Shown here: positions 52,655 through 63,044 of the stretch, piece by piece | Layout: every line of letters begins with the position of its first letter | Numbering within the stretch: position 1 is the stretch's first letter | NCBI GenBank assembly: GCA_963749155.1 | Contig: CAVVLO010000003.1 | Location: 256,001-320,000, forward strand | From: an uncultured Armatimonadia bacterium | GTDB lineage: Bacteria > Armatimonadota > Zipacnadia > CAVVLO01 | Length of the DNA: 64,000 nucleotides | Direction of reading: 5' to 3' | Made by a program: the position numbers and the translations under genes | The notes under the pieces: generated by a model | Database searches by the model: none | The model's input: only the letters and a program-made list of their open reading frames with translations | Told to the model about the DNA's origin: nothing

Positions 52655-53551
52655 TTACCCGTCGTTGCCCGGCAGAATGTGGATCGCATATAACCGCGAG
52701 TCCCACTCATAACGCAAGCCAAAGAGGGGCGCTACATCTCGCACGGCGACCATCAGCCTTCCGTCAGCGAGCTTGGGGGCTGACGAGAGTTGTATGCTTG
52801 TGTCAGCAATCTTTGCCGTCAGCTTACCTACCGTGAGAGTAACCGTTCCACTCTTATCATCTAGGGTCGCGGTTCGGCTCGTCGCATCCCAGGAGAGGCT
52901 TCTCGGGTCGCGTACTAATGCGCGAACCGGCACATAGACCTCTTCACCTTCGATGAGTGGCTTCCAGTAACCTCCGGACACAAACACGAGAGGCTGCAGT
53001 AAGGACTCGCGACGATCGGTCTGTAATGTTTTCAGTGCCGTGCGCCATTCGACGTAGCCGAAGGGCGATAAAGACATTGCGGCCCCAGATGGTATCAATA
53101 CCTCAACCCAATCTGTCGCAGCCCGAAGGTCACACGCATTTCGGTCGCGTATCCCACGAGCACCAACTGCTTGCGCCCAAAGGTAGCCTGCCTCTACCCA
53201 CCTTACGGCGGGCCACAACTTAGAAGCAGGATTGGTGCGACGCTCTTGCTGGTATGCATCAACACCTTTTGCAGTTGCCAGGTCAAATTTGCTTGCATCC
53301 GGTGGCAGTGTTTCCTGTGACCACCCGGCACCAAATCTGTCGCCATAAGTTGTCACAACTTGCTGCAATCGCTCGACTAACTGATCTAATACAGGATTCT
53401 CTGCAGCCTGTGCTGACGGTTTACCATATAGTATAGGGGCCGCAGCGAAGAGGCTTTGACGTGCCTCTGGTTGCGTCAGCATGACAGGCTGAGCAAAGGC
53501 GACGGAGCTCAGTAACAAGAAGGATACCATGTATAAACATACTCGTTTCAT
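52655..53551 (-). CDS. Secreted protein with C-terminal copper amine oxidase N-terminal (stalk) domain
   Basis: Signal peptide ending in AFA; VYVPVRAL...SWDATSRTAT...TLTVG...APKLADGRLMVAVR...FG..YEWD; lower GC than flanks by eye. Confidence 0.75.
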   Translation of the reverse strand: MKRVCLYMVSFLLLSSVAFAQPVMLTQPEARQSLFAAAPILYGKPSAQAAENPVLDQLVERLQQVVTTYGDRFGAGWSQETLPPDASKFDLATAKGVDAYQQERRTNPASKLWPAVRWVEAGYLWAQAVGARGIRDRNACDLRAATDWVEVLIPSGAAMSLSPFGYVEWRTALKTLQTDRRESLLQPLVFVSGGYWKPLIEGEEVYVPVRALVRDPRSLSWDATSRTATLDDKSGTVTLTVGKLTAKIADTSIQLSSAPKLADGRLMVAVRDVAPLFGLRYEWDSRLYAIHILPGNDG

Positions 53552-54012
53552 CTCTTGTGTCTCCTCTTTTCACTTTATCAACGGAGATAGAAATTGGACT
53601 TTTAGTCCTTGCAGAAGCCAAAGATGAAGGGTAATTGTAGGGGGGTGCAGCAGTTATTCCACTGCGTCTTTCAGGTTTCTGGCGAGAAGATACGCACGGT
53701 CTACAGCTTCGGATCCCACTTATACTCCCGGTAATAGGCAACAGTGATTGAGCAGCACGGAGAGCCATATGACGGGCAACCACTAGCCGCGGGGGGGGGG
53801 GGGCTATTTGGGGCCTTTGTTTCATTGGCAACTCCTCTTGAGTCAAAGATGATGAGTCTTCGCTGCTTAGAGTGTCGCTTCGCCCCGGCCAAAGGGCGAG
53901 TCGTTGGACGTCCAAAAATATCTTATCGCGTAACAATCCAGGTGTCAAGTGCTTAATGTGGTATTTCGTTTTGTGTAATCTGCTTAAGCTTTTGTTTGCA
54001 GTCCGGCAGGCT

Positions 54013-54161
54013 GGTTTCGGCACTGAAGTACCGAAACACCTGCGAAAGGTCAGGGGCAGAGGTTGGTTTCGGGAGCAGAGACTCCCGAAACACCAGCGAA
54101 AGGTAAAGGCGGAGGTTGGTATCGGGAGCAAGCTCCCGATACACGCCAACGAAAGGTCAGG
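54013..54161. repeat. Three tandem ~52-bp family B units with conserved arms and variable hairpin cores
   Basis: Starts at 54013, 54065 and 54118: GGT(T/A)TCGG-variable-CCGA(A/T)ACAC...CGAAAGGT. Confidence 0.8.
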
Positions 54162-54359
54162 TATCAAGCAGCGTGAAACCGGGCGCGAGGGCGTCCCCTC
54201 ACCAGGTTGTAAATAGTGGTGGTATTTACATTATATTAACCTTGCATTCTTTCTTTGGAAACGTGGTATCCTTTTCGATGAATACTAAGGTTTTTCTTGC
54301 CCGTTGATGTACCCGCCTTGTTCGACCTTATGCTCCTGAAAAGCTTGAAGGTGAAGAAC

Positions 54360-54935
54360 ATGAGGAGCCTTAGCTTTGTTGCTCTACTGACTGTGCTTGC
54401 TCTGCTGCTGGTTTGCGGCCTGGCGGGGGCAGATCCCTGGAGCGTCACTTACACAGGCAATGTAGGGACACCTGGCTATGATAATGAGTGGGATCTGAGC
54501 TGGATAATTACCTGGGCGCCTGACAATACGCCAGCCGAAGGTGTCAGTTTCGTCTGGTTCGACGTGCCAGAAAGCCTGCAAAGCGCTGACGTCACCTCCT
54601 GGACGGATGGCAGCACTACAGATTTTATCACTACCAGCGGTCTTCACTACTATGTTGGCGTAGCAAGCGACCCATACGGAGTAACCGAAGGCGACAAGGT
54701 GTTCCTCTGGGCGATAAGCTCAAACTCAGACCACCTGACCCTGACGGCCGTGGTTGTTAATCCTGACAGTTATACCTTCGGGACCATTGATGGAGGGATC
54801 GGGGGCTCCAATCTTATTCCAGGTGGCAGTTACAGCGATTTCTCTACTCTTGGCCTGACCCCTGAGCCTGGCAGCCTGGCGTTATTGCTCTTTGGCCTGG
54901 GCGCGCTAGGTCTGCGGCATCGGCGCAAGCAGTAA
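54360..54935 (+). CDS. PEP-CTERM sorting-domain surface protein
   Basis: Signal peptide; C-terminal TPEPGSLALLLFGLGALGLRHRRKQ. Confidence 0.9.
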   Translation: MRSLSFVALLTVLALLLVCGLAGADPWSVTYTGNVGTPGYDNEWDLSWIITWAPDNTPAEGVSFVWFDVPESLQSADVTSWTDGSTTDFITTSGLHYYVGVASDPYGVTEGDKVFLWAISSNSDHLTLTAVVVNPDSYTFGTIDGGIGGSNLIPGGSYSDFSTLGLTPEPGSLALLLFGLGALGLRHRRKQ

Positions 54936-54940
54936 GCTGC

Positions 54941-54966
54941 GCAGGAAGTCCTCTTCTCGTACAGAA
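54941..54966 (+). promoter_or_regulatory. GCAGGA-N17-GAA promoter-like motif
   Basis: Exact motif ending about 20 nt before GTG 54986. Confidence 0.5.
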
Positions 54967-54985
54967 ACCTTCCCTATTCACGGGG

Positions 54986-56653
54986 GTGGTCTCTGTGCGA
55001 CTTGTTTTGGCGCTGTTGCTCCTTTGCAGCCTGGCCTTGCCTGGCTTTGCCGCCGATACTGCCAGCTCTGACCTCGACTGGTGGCGCGAGGCGCGCTTTG
55101 GGCTTTTCCTCCACTGGGATATGGTCAGTCTGGTGGGCACCGAGATAAGCTGGTCGAGGGGACTTGAGATACCCAATGAGGAGTATGATGCCCTTTACAA
55201 GCGTTTCAACCCCGTAGACTTCGACCCTGACGAGTGGGTCGCCCTCGCCAAAGCCGCTGGTATGAAGTATCTCGTCTTCACCACCAAGCACCACGATGGC
55301 TTCTCGATGTTCGACTCTGCCTGGACAGATTACAAGATAACCAACTCGCCCTATGGGAAGGATATCGTTAAGCAACTGGCCGATGCCTGCCATCGCGGAG
55401 GGCTTAAGCTGGGCTTCTACTACTCGCCCCCCGACTGGTACAGCCCCGATTTTCGCAATCCAATAACCGGCTGGCGTCACACCCGGTTTATCCATCGCCA
55501 ACTGCGCGAGCTGTGCACCAATTACGGCAAGGTGGATATCATCTGGTTCGATGGGCTGGACACGACGGCCGCCGAGAACAGCTCCGAGAAGCTGCTGGCG
55601 ATGATACGGAGGCTTCAGCCGGGCGTCCTCATAAATAACCGCTCAGGCCTGCCCGCCGACTTCGACACGCCCGAGCAGACGGTGGGCGGCTTCAACCGCG
55701 CGCGTCCCTGGGAAAGCTGCATCACCATCGGCAACCAGTGGTCGTATCGTCCAAAAGACACCATAAAATCGCTGGAAGAGTGCCTCGGGACGCTTATCCG
55801 TTGTGCGGGCGGAGACGGGAATCTGCTCTTCAATGTGGGGCCGATGCCGACCGGCCAGATCGAACCTGTTCAGGCGGACAGGCTTCGCGAGATGGGCAAA
55901 TGGCTGGCCCAGTATGGCCAGTCTGTTTACGGTACTCGCGGAGGCCCTTACAAGCCCGCCGACTGGGGCGTAACGACCTGCAAGGGCAAGCGCGTCTTCC
56001 TGCATATCCTCAGTTGGGAGGATATAGGCGATGATGAGGCCGGACTGCCTCTGCTGCCGCCTCTTCCGGCCAAAATCCTCTCTTGCCGCGCTCTTACAGG
56101 CGGATCCGCTACGTGCAGCCAATCGGAAGAGGGCCTGCGCCTCTTCGTCGAGCCCTCTGCCCGTGTTGCGCCGGACACACTGATTGAGCTTGTGCTGGAC
56201 CGCGACGCGGAAACCCTCGAGCCTCTCTCGGCGCCCTCTCGAAGCCTCTCGGTCGGGAAGCCAGCCACCGCCAGCAATGTCTATCAGGGGATGACCTGGG
56301 GCTTCGGGCCCCAGGCCGCCGTGGATGGCAATCTCTCCTCCCGCTGGGCGACTGACTCTGGCACCCTTTCTGCCTGGCTTGAAGTGGATCTCGGCGCGCC
56401 CCTGACCTGCGGGAAGGCCCGGCTCCTCGAGGCGGCGCCTTATGATGGGCGGGTGAAGCGCTTCCGCCTGCTTTACCGAAATGCCCCCGAAGAAGCCTGG
56501 CAAGTGGCTCTCGAAGGGACAGAGCTGCCAAAAACTGCCATCACTTTCACGCCTTTTACCGCTCGCTATGTCAGGCTTGATTTACCCGAAGCCATCGAAG
56601 GCCCAACTATTGCCGATTTTAGCCTTTATCCGCCCTCTGAGGTGACCGACTGA
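54986..56653 (+). CDS. GH29 alpha-L-fucosidase with C-terminal F5/8 type C domain
   Basis: WWREARFGLFLHW, AGMKYLVFTTKHHDGF, YYSPPDW, IIWFDG, INNR, WESC, GNLLFNVGP. Confidence 0.95.
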   Translation: MVSVRLVLALLLLCSLALPGFAADTASSDLDWWREARFGLFLHWDMVSLVGTEISWSRGLEIPNEEYDALYKRFNPVDFDPDEWVALAKAAGMKYLVFTTKHHDGFSMFDSAWTDYKITNSPYGKDIVKQLADACHRGGLKLGFYYSPPDWYSPDFRNPITGWRHTRFIHRQLRELCTNYGKVDIIWFDGLDTTAAENSSEKLLAMIRRLQPGVLINNRSGLPADFDTPEQTVGGFNRARPWESCITIGNQWSYRPKDTIKSLEECLGTLIRCAGGDGNLLFNVGPMPTGQIEPVQADRLREMGKWLAQYGQSVYGTRGGPYKPADWGVTTCKGKRVFLHILSWEDIGDDEAGLPLLPPLPAKILSCRALTGGSATCSQSEEGLRLFVEPSARVAPDTLIELVLDRDAETLEPLSAPSRSLSVGKPATASNVYQGMTWGFGPQAAVDGNLSSRWATDSGTLSAWLEVDLGAPLTCGKARLLEAAPYDGRVKRFRLLYRNAPEEAWQVALEGTELPKTAITFTPFTARYVRLDLPEAIEGPTIADFSLYPPSEVTD

Positions 56654-59614
56654 TGCCCGTCTTTATTGTGCTTGTTATGCTGTTAGTGTTTACCGCACTT
56701 GCTGGCGCCTTCCCCCTTGCGCGCGATGGCCAGCCTGCCGCCACCATCGTGCTTGCCGAGAGGCCAACTCTCTCGGCCCAGTTCGCCGCGGAGGAACTGG
56801 TGCGCCATATCAAAGCTGTAACTGGCGCCACACTGCCGATTGTGACCGACCGGCAGCCGCTCGAAGGCCCCGCCATCTTCGTTGGGGAGTCTCTTGCAAC
56901 CCAGGCGATGGGGCTTCACAGTAGCGATTTTGATGACCAGGAATATCTCATCCAGTGCAGACCGGATCGTCTTCTGCTTCTGGGGAAGGACGACCGGCGC
57001 AAGGTAACAGCCGAAGGGCCTCTGCCCTCTTTTGAGGAAGAGGGCGCCTTTGGCGGCGCGGCGTCTTTCGATGGCAACCAGTGTCTTGGCGTCGAGCCAG
57101 TTCGCTTTGATGATGAGCAAGGCACTTTCGAGCTTTGGGCCTGGCTGCCAGAGGCCTCCGAGCGCGATGAGACCTTCCTCCGGATGGATGGCACTGGCCC
57201 CTGGACCTATCACATCCTCCAGCAACTTGCGGGCTCGATGCAAGTGACATACTGGACCTACGATGGCCAAAATCGTTATGTGGTGGAATCGAGCGAGCTT
57301 GCTCCCGGCTGGCATTACATCGCGGCTACTTATGATGCCGAAAAAGAGCAGATGGAACTCTATATTGATGGCCTGAGTCAGGGCACGGCCCCCTTCCATA
57401 AGACTACTTGTGCTGGCACGGTGATGGGCCTGGGCTCGATGGCTGATGCGGGCGGGTCGCCTTTAGGCAACAGTTTTAGTGGCCTCCTGGATGAGGTGCG
57501 CTATTCGACCGAGGTGCTGCCCATCAGTCCCTCTCGTATGGAAGCAAAGCCTCCGGTAGGGCCTTCCTGCGCCCTCTCTTTCTCTTTTGATGAGGCAAGT
57601 GGCACTTTTGTAGAGGCAATCTCGGGCGCCTCGGTGAATCGCCTTCCCGAACTTTTCGGGTTGAACGGCACACTTTACGCCGTCTATGATTTTCTGGAGC
57701 GAGCCTGCGGGGTGCGCTGGTACGCGCCCACCGACCTTGGCCTGGTCGCGCCGAAGCAGCCTACGCTTGACGTGGCGGAATTCGAGCGGCGGCATAAGCC
57801 TGCGATGCAGTATCGCTGGATTACCCCTACCGCTCTCTATATGCCCGGCCCGCCCGATGCCCTCTCGGCGCGCGAAGTGCAGCTCTGGAAGCTGCGTATG
57901 CGCATCGGAGGGCGCTATTTCTGGGTCTGCCATAGCTTCGGCCATTGGCCCCAACAGTTTCTGGCTGAGCATCCAGAGTGGTTCGCGCAAGGCTATGAGC
58001 ATCCCAGCCAGCCCTGCTACACCAATCCAGGCGCGCTTGACCAGATAACTCGCGAGGCGGAGGCCTGGTTCGACCGAGAGGGCAATCCTGCCTCCTGGGA
58101 TCCGCGCGATGTGTTCGGGATCGTGCCTTCCGATGATGCCAACTGGTGTCAGTGCGATGCGTGCAAAGCGCTGAGAGATGACCCTGAGCCTGGCAACCAG
58201 CAGTTTAATAATCGTCAGGCCAGCCGCTATGTATGGGGCTGCGTCAATGAGGTGGCGCGCCGTGTTCAGGCCAGCCATCCCGATGAGTGGATTGGCGCCC
58301 TTGCCTATTGGGAATATGCCTACTGGCCTGAAGGGTTTGACCTTGAACCCAATGTCTGGGTGCAGACCTGCCTGCACACCCGCAACTGGTGGAGCCCTTC
58401 GATGGAGGCCAATGACCGCCGGGTGCTCTCCGAATGGCGCGAAAATCGCCCTGGCAAGCCTCTTTATGTCTGGCTTTACTACAACTTCCCCGCCCTCAAC
58501 GCCCAGTCTGAGGATTTCGGCTATTTCCCAGGCTTCAATGGCCATCAGGTGGTCGAACAGATGGCCCTCTACAGGGAAAAGGACGTCACCGGTATCTTTA
58601 TGGAGCACTCCAGCGAGTTCGGTCAGAGCTTCCTGATGGACCAGGTCGAGTTCTATGTCAGCCTGAAGCTGGCTGATGACCCGACCCTGGATGGAAAGGC
58701 GCTGATTGACGAGTTCTTCCGCCTTTACTATGGCGCCGCAGCGAAGCCAATGCAAGCGCTTTATGAACGCCATCGAGGACGTTTATACCGATCCGGACAA
58801 CTATCCTGATGAGGTGCGCGCGACCAACAAGCATTATCACCAGAGCGAAGAGTTCGCCTGGGTTTATCTCGGCACGCCCGAGCGGATGGCCGATTATGCC
58901 GTTTTGATGGAGCAAGCCAGGGCTTCGGCCTCGACGCCGCTTGAGCAAGCGCGCGTTGCCGCCTTCGATGAGGGCATCTGGCAGCAGATGGTCGAAGGAA
59001 GGGCGAAATGGGAAGAGAAGAAAGAGGCAAAAGCCCGGCCCGCGCCAGAAGCTGTAGTTCCTGCCACCAAGCCAGCCGGAGGCGACCCGGATGGCGTGGC
59101 TTTCTCTTCTGCAATCGAGCTTGCGCCCTGGTACACCCTCGGGGGGCTGGACACCGAGCGCCAGGTCACGGCGCGCGCGCTGCACGATGGCGAATATCTC
59201 TACCTCCAGCTTGAGGAAGCAGTCGAACTCGCGAGGCTGAAAGAGGGCCCAAGAGTCTGGGACGGCGATGATTTTGAGATATTCCTGGCGACCGAGAAGA
59301 CAGGTCCGGTGCTCCAGGTGATTGTAGGCCCGACCGGGGCGCTGACGGCGGCGCTGAACAACCCAAATCCCCTCGGGGCCAAAACGGCGACTCGAGCGAG
59401 TCTAGCGGCTTCCGACGCGGCCAACTGGCGCGTGAGGTTGGCAATCCCGCTAGCTGAAGTGCCTGGATTCAAGTCCGACTCGACGCGCGACCTGTGGGCC
59501 AACTGCTGCAGGGCCAGCTCAGGCGCAAGCGCCCTGCTTGCCTGGAGCCCCACCCATGTTGGGCGTTTCTGCGAGCCAGCGAAATTCGGCAGATTGACGC
59601 TGGAGGGCGACTAG
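56653..59614 (+). CDS. Secreted DUF4838-type protein with inserted LamG domain and C-terminal CBM9-like domain; frameshift near 58770
   Basis: AQFAAEELVRHI..VTGATLPI, GTLYAVYDFLE..GVRWY, HPEWFA, QPCYTNP, WCQCDAC; LamG motifs WHYIAATYD/LYIDG/DEVRYS; VWDGDDFEIF. Confidence 0.8.
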
Positions 59615-59617
59615 GAG

Positions 59618-60421
59618 ATGCATCCCGCGCTTCTTGAAGCTGAAAGTCGCGTTCGCGCGCGTTGCCAGCAGGACGACCGGTGCCTCGCCTATTATATGAT
59701 TGGCTCCGATGGCGCTGGCACGGCGGATGAATGGTCAGACCTCGACCTGGCAATCATGACCACCGATGAGGGATATGAAGCCTATGTCGAAGAATTGCGA
59801 GACTTGGTAGAAGAATGCTTCGGCCCCATCGTGGCGTGGCTTACCGAAGGCCCGACCGACTTCGGCTGCAACTATGCCTTCCTCTTTCGCCACGCGGAGG
59901 AACTGCTGCTGACTGACCTCTACGTCGGCCGTGAGGGCGCCCCCTACACGCCGCGTCCGACCGCCGTCCTCTTCGACAAGACTGGCCGGCTGCTTGCCCA
60001 ACTGGAAGAGGCACCCCCCTCCCCCGCCGCGCCTGCCAACCTGGAGTGGACCCTCGTCAACTGGTGGGTCTATTGCTATCTGAATGGCAAATATTGGAAG
60101 CGCGGCGACCTGTGGAAGCTGCTTTACGTGCAGCAGGTGCTCTTCTCCACCCACTTTGAGGTGCTGAAAGCCCTCTACCCCGACAAGCAGTGGGTTTGGC
60201 CGGCGCGCGACCTCCACCAACTGCCGCCCGAGCAGGAGCAGCGCTATCTGGCCTACTTCCCCGCCGCCAGTTTCGAGGCCATAAGCGCCTCTCTCCTCGC
60301 CGAGCTGGACCTTTTCAGCGAGGATGCACGCGCCGCCTGCGCAAAACACGGCCTCCCCTATCCCCTTGAGATGGAGGAGGCCGTCAGAAAGCACCTGGAC
60401 CTGATGGTGTTTGGCCTCTAG
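59618..60421 (+). CDS. Pol-beta-superfamily nucleotidyltransferase (aminoglycoside/lincosamide adenylyltransferase-like)
   Basis: IGSDGAGTADEWSDLDL motif plus helical C-terminal domain. Confidence 0.75.
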   Translation: MHPALLEAESRVRARCQQDDRCLAYYMIGSDGAGTADEWSDLDLAIMTTDEGYEAYVEELRDLVEECFGPIVAWLTEGPTDFGCNYAFLFRHAEELLLTDLYVGREGAPYTPRPTAVLFDKTGRLLAQLEEAPPSPAAPANLEWTLVNWWVYCYLNGKYWKRGDLWKLLYVQQVLFSTHFEVLKALYPDKQWVWPARDLHQLPPEQEQRYLAYFPAASFEAISASLLAELDLFSEDARAACAKHGLPYPLEMEEAVRKHLDLMVFGL

Positions 60422-62835
60422 CCGAGTGGCACCACCGTTATCGTGCGGGCAGGCAGCCTCAATATCTGCTTCATCCGCGCAGGACGCGGTGTCCCCTCTG
60501 GGAAGTCGCTTTCGCGATATTCGATGGGGTATTCCAGGTTCTCCGCAGCGGTATTGAAGTACAACAGATAGCCCTCGAAGCGCGAAACCAGCACTCGGTC
60601 GACGCCTGCATCCAGCACTGGGGCATTCCACTCCGGATGGCCAACTTGCGCGCCGGCCTCTTCGCTAAGGGTCTTCACAAGCTCTGCCCTTTGGCGCTCG
60701 GAGAGGGTTGTCGCATCCAGCGTAAGCACCAGCCCCTCGCCCAGCTTGACCGCGCCTTGCTGCCAGAGTGGCGCGGTGTCCCAGTAGAGGTTCACCTTCG
60801 GGAAAGGCGCCAGTTCAGCCTCGGTCGCGTCCAATTCGCGCACGTTAATCTTGCCCACATACACGGTCAGCTCGCGGCCATCGGGGCTGCCCTCCTGTCG
60901 CTGGGAAGGAATCCACGCTGGCCCTTCCAGTCGCAAGGTATGGAAAGCGATTTCCTCACTGGGCGGAGTTGTGATAGTCCATTCCCAGGCAGCCTGCGTG
61001 TTCGGTACAGCTTCGACAGTCTGCCCTTCAAGTGTCATCCGCTGAGGTAAAGCCCATTCTGGTACCCAGCCTGTAAGAGTGATGCGGTAGGTCTTCCCTC
61101 CCGCCAGAGGCAGACTGATGCCCGCCCCGGGGGCCGCCCAGCGCGCGCCAGGCTCGGGGTTGTGCCACAGCCCGGTCAGCGCCGCCTCGTCGGTGTTCGG
61201 GTCGACGGTATAAGCTGCGGGCAAATCTCCGGTCAGCTCAACCTGCAAGCCAGAGGCCGCAATCGGTGGAGTCTCAGGCGCCTGGGCCTCCCATAAAGCA
61301 GTCTCGCCCTCGAGGGTCTGGGCGGGCCGGGCTTGCAGCACAACAAGCACTCCCCCCGCTTTGACCCATTCCTGCACGGCAAGCCAGGCGGCCTCATCCA
61401 GGAAATCCGCCCCCGCAAGCACCAGAGTCCGGAGTTCCCAGTTTGGTCAGCGCGCCATCCAGGAGGAGCCGGTCGTCTACCACTTCATAGACCAGGCAAT
61501 CGCGCAGCGGATCGGAAAGCGCCAGCGTCGCGCCGCTCCAGGGCTGGTCGGGATGCAGCCAGTGTTCCAGCGTCGGATGCCAGAGGGCCACCGGCGTAAT
61601 CGCAGCCTTCCCCGTAAAAAGCTCGCGATAGGTTTCGAAGTAATCGCGCGCGCGGTCCATATTCCCAAGATAGTCGAACCAGGTCTCGACCCCGTTAACG
61701 AGGTCCATATGAAGCCTGTTGAGCTGCCTGTCGCGAGGCACGTCGGAGGGCGGTTCAGTATAGTAAGGCACGCCGTAGAACTTGCAGGCGGTGCTGACTC
61801 GGCGGGTCGGGAAATAGCCGACATCGCCAGGCGTCTGCGCCGAGATGCCAAGCTTTGCCATCTCAGCGACGTGACGCCCCTCGTCATTGCCCGCCTTTAG
61901 CGGCTCCTGCGCATAGCCCAGACTGGCGACAATCTCCTTGCCCGGGAAATGGCGCTGCACGATGGTGGTCGTCTTGCGCAGCGTCTCGCTCCAGGCCTGG
62001 TTATACCAATCGGCGAAATCCACCCAATAGCGCCTGGCTTCGACCGAATCGTAGAGCTTCGGCTGGACGGTCAGCGGCTCGGGAGGCACTAGTTCCTCTG
62101 CCTGGGCAAAGCTCGTGCCCCAGGCGGTGTTGAGCGCCGCCAGGCTGCCATATTTGGCAAGCTGTTTCGCACGGAAATCCGCCAGCGCGTAGTCATCGCC
62201 GCACCAGTAGCCAGGTTTGGCGGTAGGTTGGGGCCGCAGCCAATGGGTCATCCCGAAGCAATACCCCAACTCGCCATATTCCGAGGGCATCGCAAGCCGG
62301 ATAAAACTGATCTGCCCCTCGAGCGCCGTGCTGAGCCGAGAGTAATACCGGTCGTAGACTCCTTCCAGATCAGGCGACCAGAGCGAAAGCTGGGGGATCG
62401 TTTCGCCGGTCTCGAGGTTCTTGTACGGCACAAAGACCGGCGATTCGGCATACCAGTTGGGCGGGAAATGCAGCCAGCAGAAGGGCACATAGCCCAGCCC
62501 GTTGTCGATTATCTTGCGCGCGCCGTTCTGGTAGAGATGCCCAGCGCCATTGACCTTCTTCAGGCTCTGCGTAGACCCAGCACTGATACTCGCACCAGTC
62601 GTCCTGGCCATTGCGAAGTATCTGATCAAGCTGCCCCTGGCCCACCTCGCACCAGTCAGGCGGAGTCATGAGAGATGCCCTTCCAGTAGTCGATGAAGGT
62701 CTGCACGCCCGTCTGGCCCGAGTAGAAGCGTATAGGCATATCGCCAAGCGGCGGGAAAGGCGTTTCCTGTGCGCAACCCACTAACGCGATGCCCAGCAGT
62801 AAACCCGCGATCATCAAACCTGTCATCGTCCTCAT
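60418..62835 (-). CDS. Lipoprotein, GH42/GH14-like TIM-barrel glycosidase with trimerisation-like domain; several frameshifts
   Basis: Lipobox LVGC; FPPNW, LSLWSP, SEYGE, YWCGDDYALADFR...KYGSLAALNTAWGT, WVKAGGVLV. Pieces: 62656-62862, 62370-62747, 61394-62629, 60418-61422. Confidence 0.7.
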
Positions 62836-62885
62836 CCTCGTGCCTCCAGTGCGATATCCCAAACCCCAAGCCTGCCGGGGTGCCA

Positions 62886-62964
62886 GGCGTTGGTGTTTCG
62901 GGGCTTCAGCCCTGAAACCAACGCCCCGGAGCTACACGGGTTTCGGCACTGAAGTACCGAAACA
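62886..62964. repeat. Two family B REP-like hairpins
   Basis: ggtgtttcggggcttcagccctgaaacc; 62939-62964 is identical to 54013-54038. Confidence 0.75.
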
Positions 62965-63044
62965 GCTGTTGAGGCGGTCCAGTGGCAGCTGCGTGAGCGT
63001 TTGGCTCTGAAGACCGACACCCGCTGTAGTCCAGTCCAGCCGCC

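Noticed and set aside
54013..54161. CRISPR or TIGR-like guide array
   Set aside because: Variable parts are self-complementary hairpin cores of 10-12 nt, and no Cas or Nop-domain gene is in the window.
59618..60421. Bona fide antibiotic-resistance gene, or MNT-HEPN toxin-antitoxin pair
   Set aside because: Only the generic nucleotidyltransferase motif is visible; there is no HEPN partner or mobile context.
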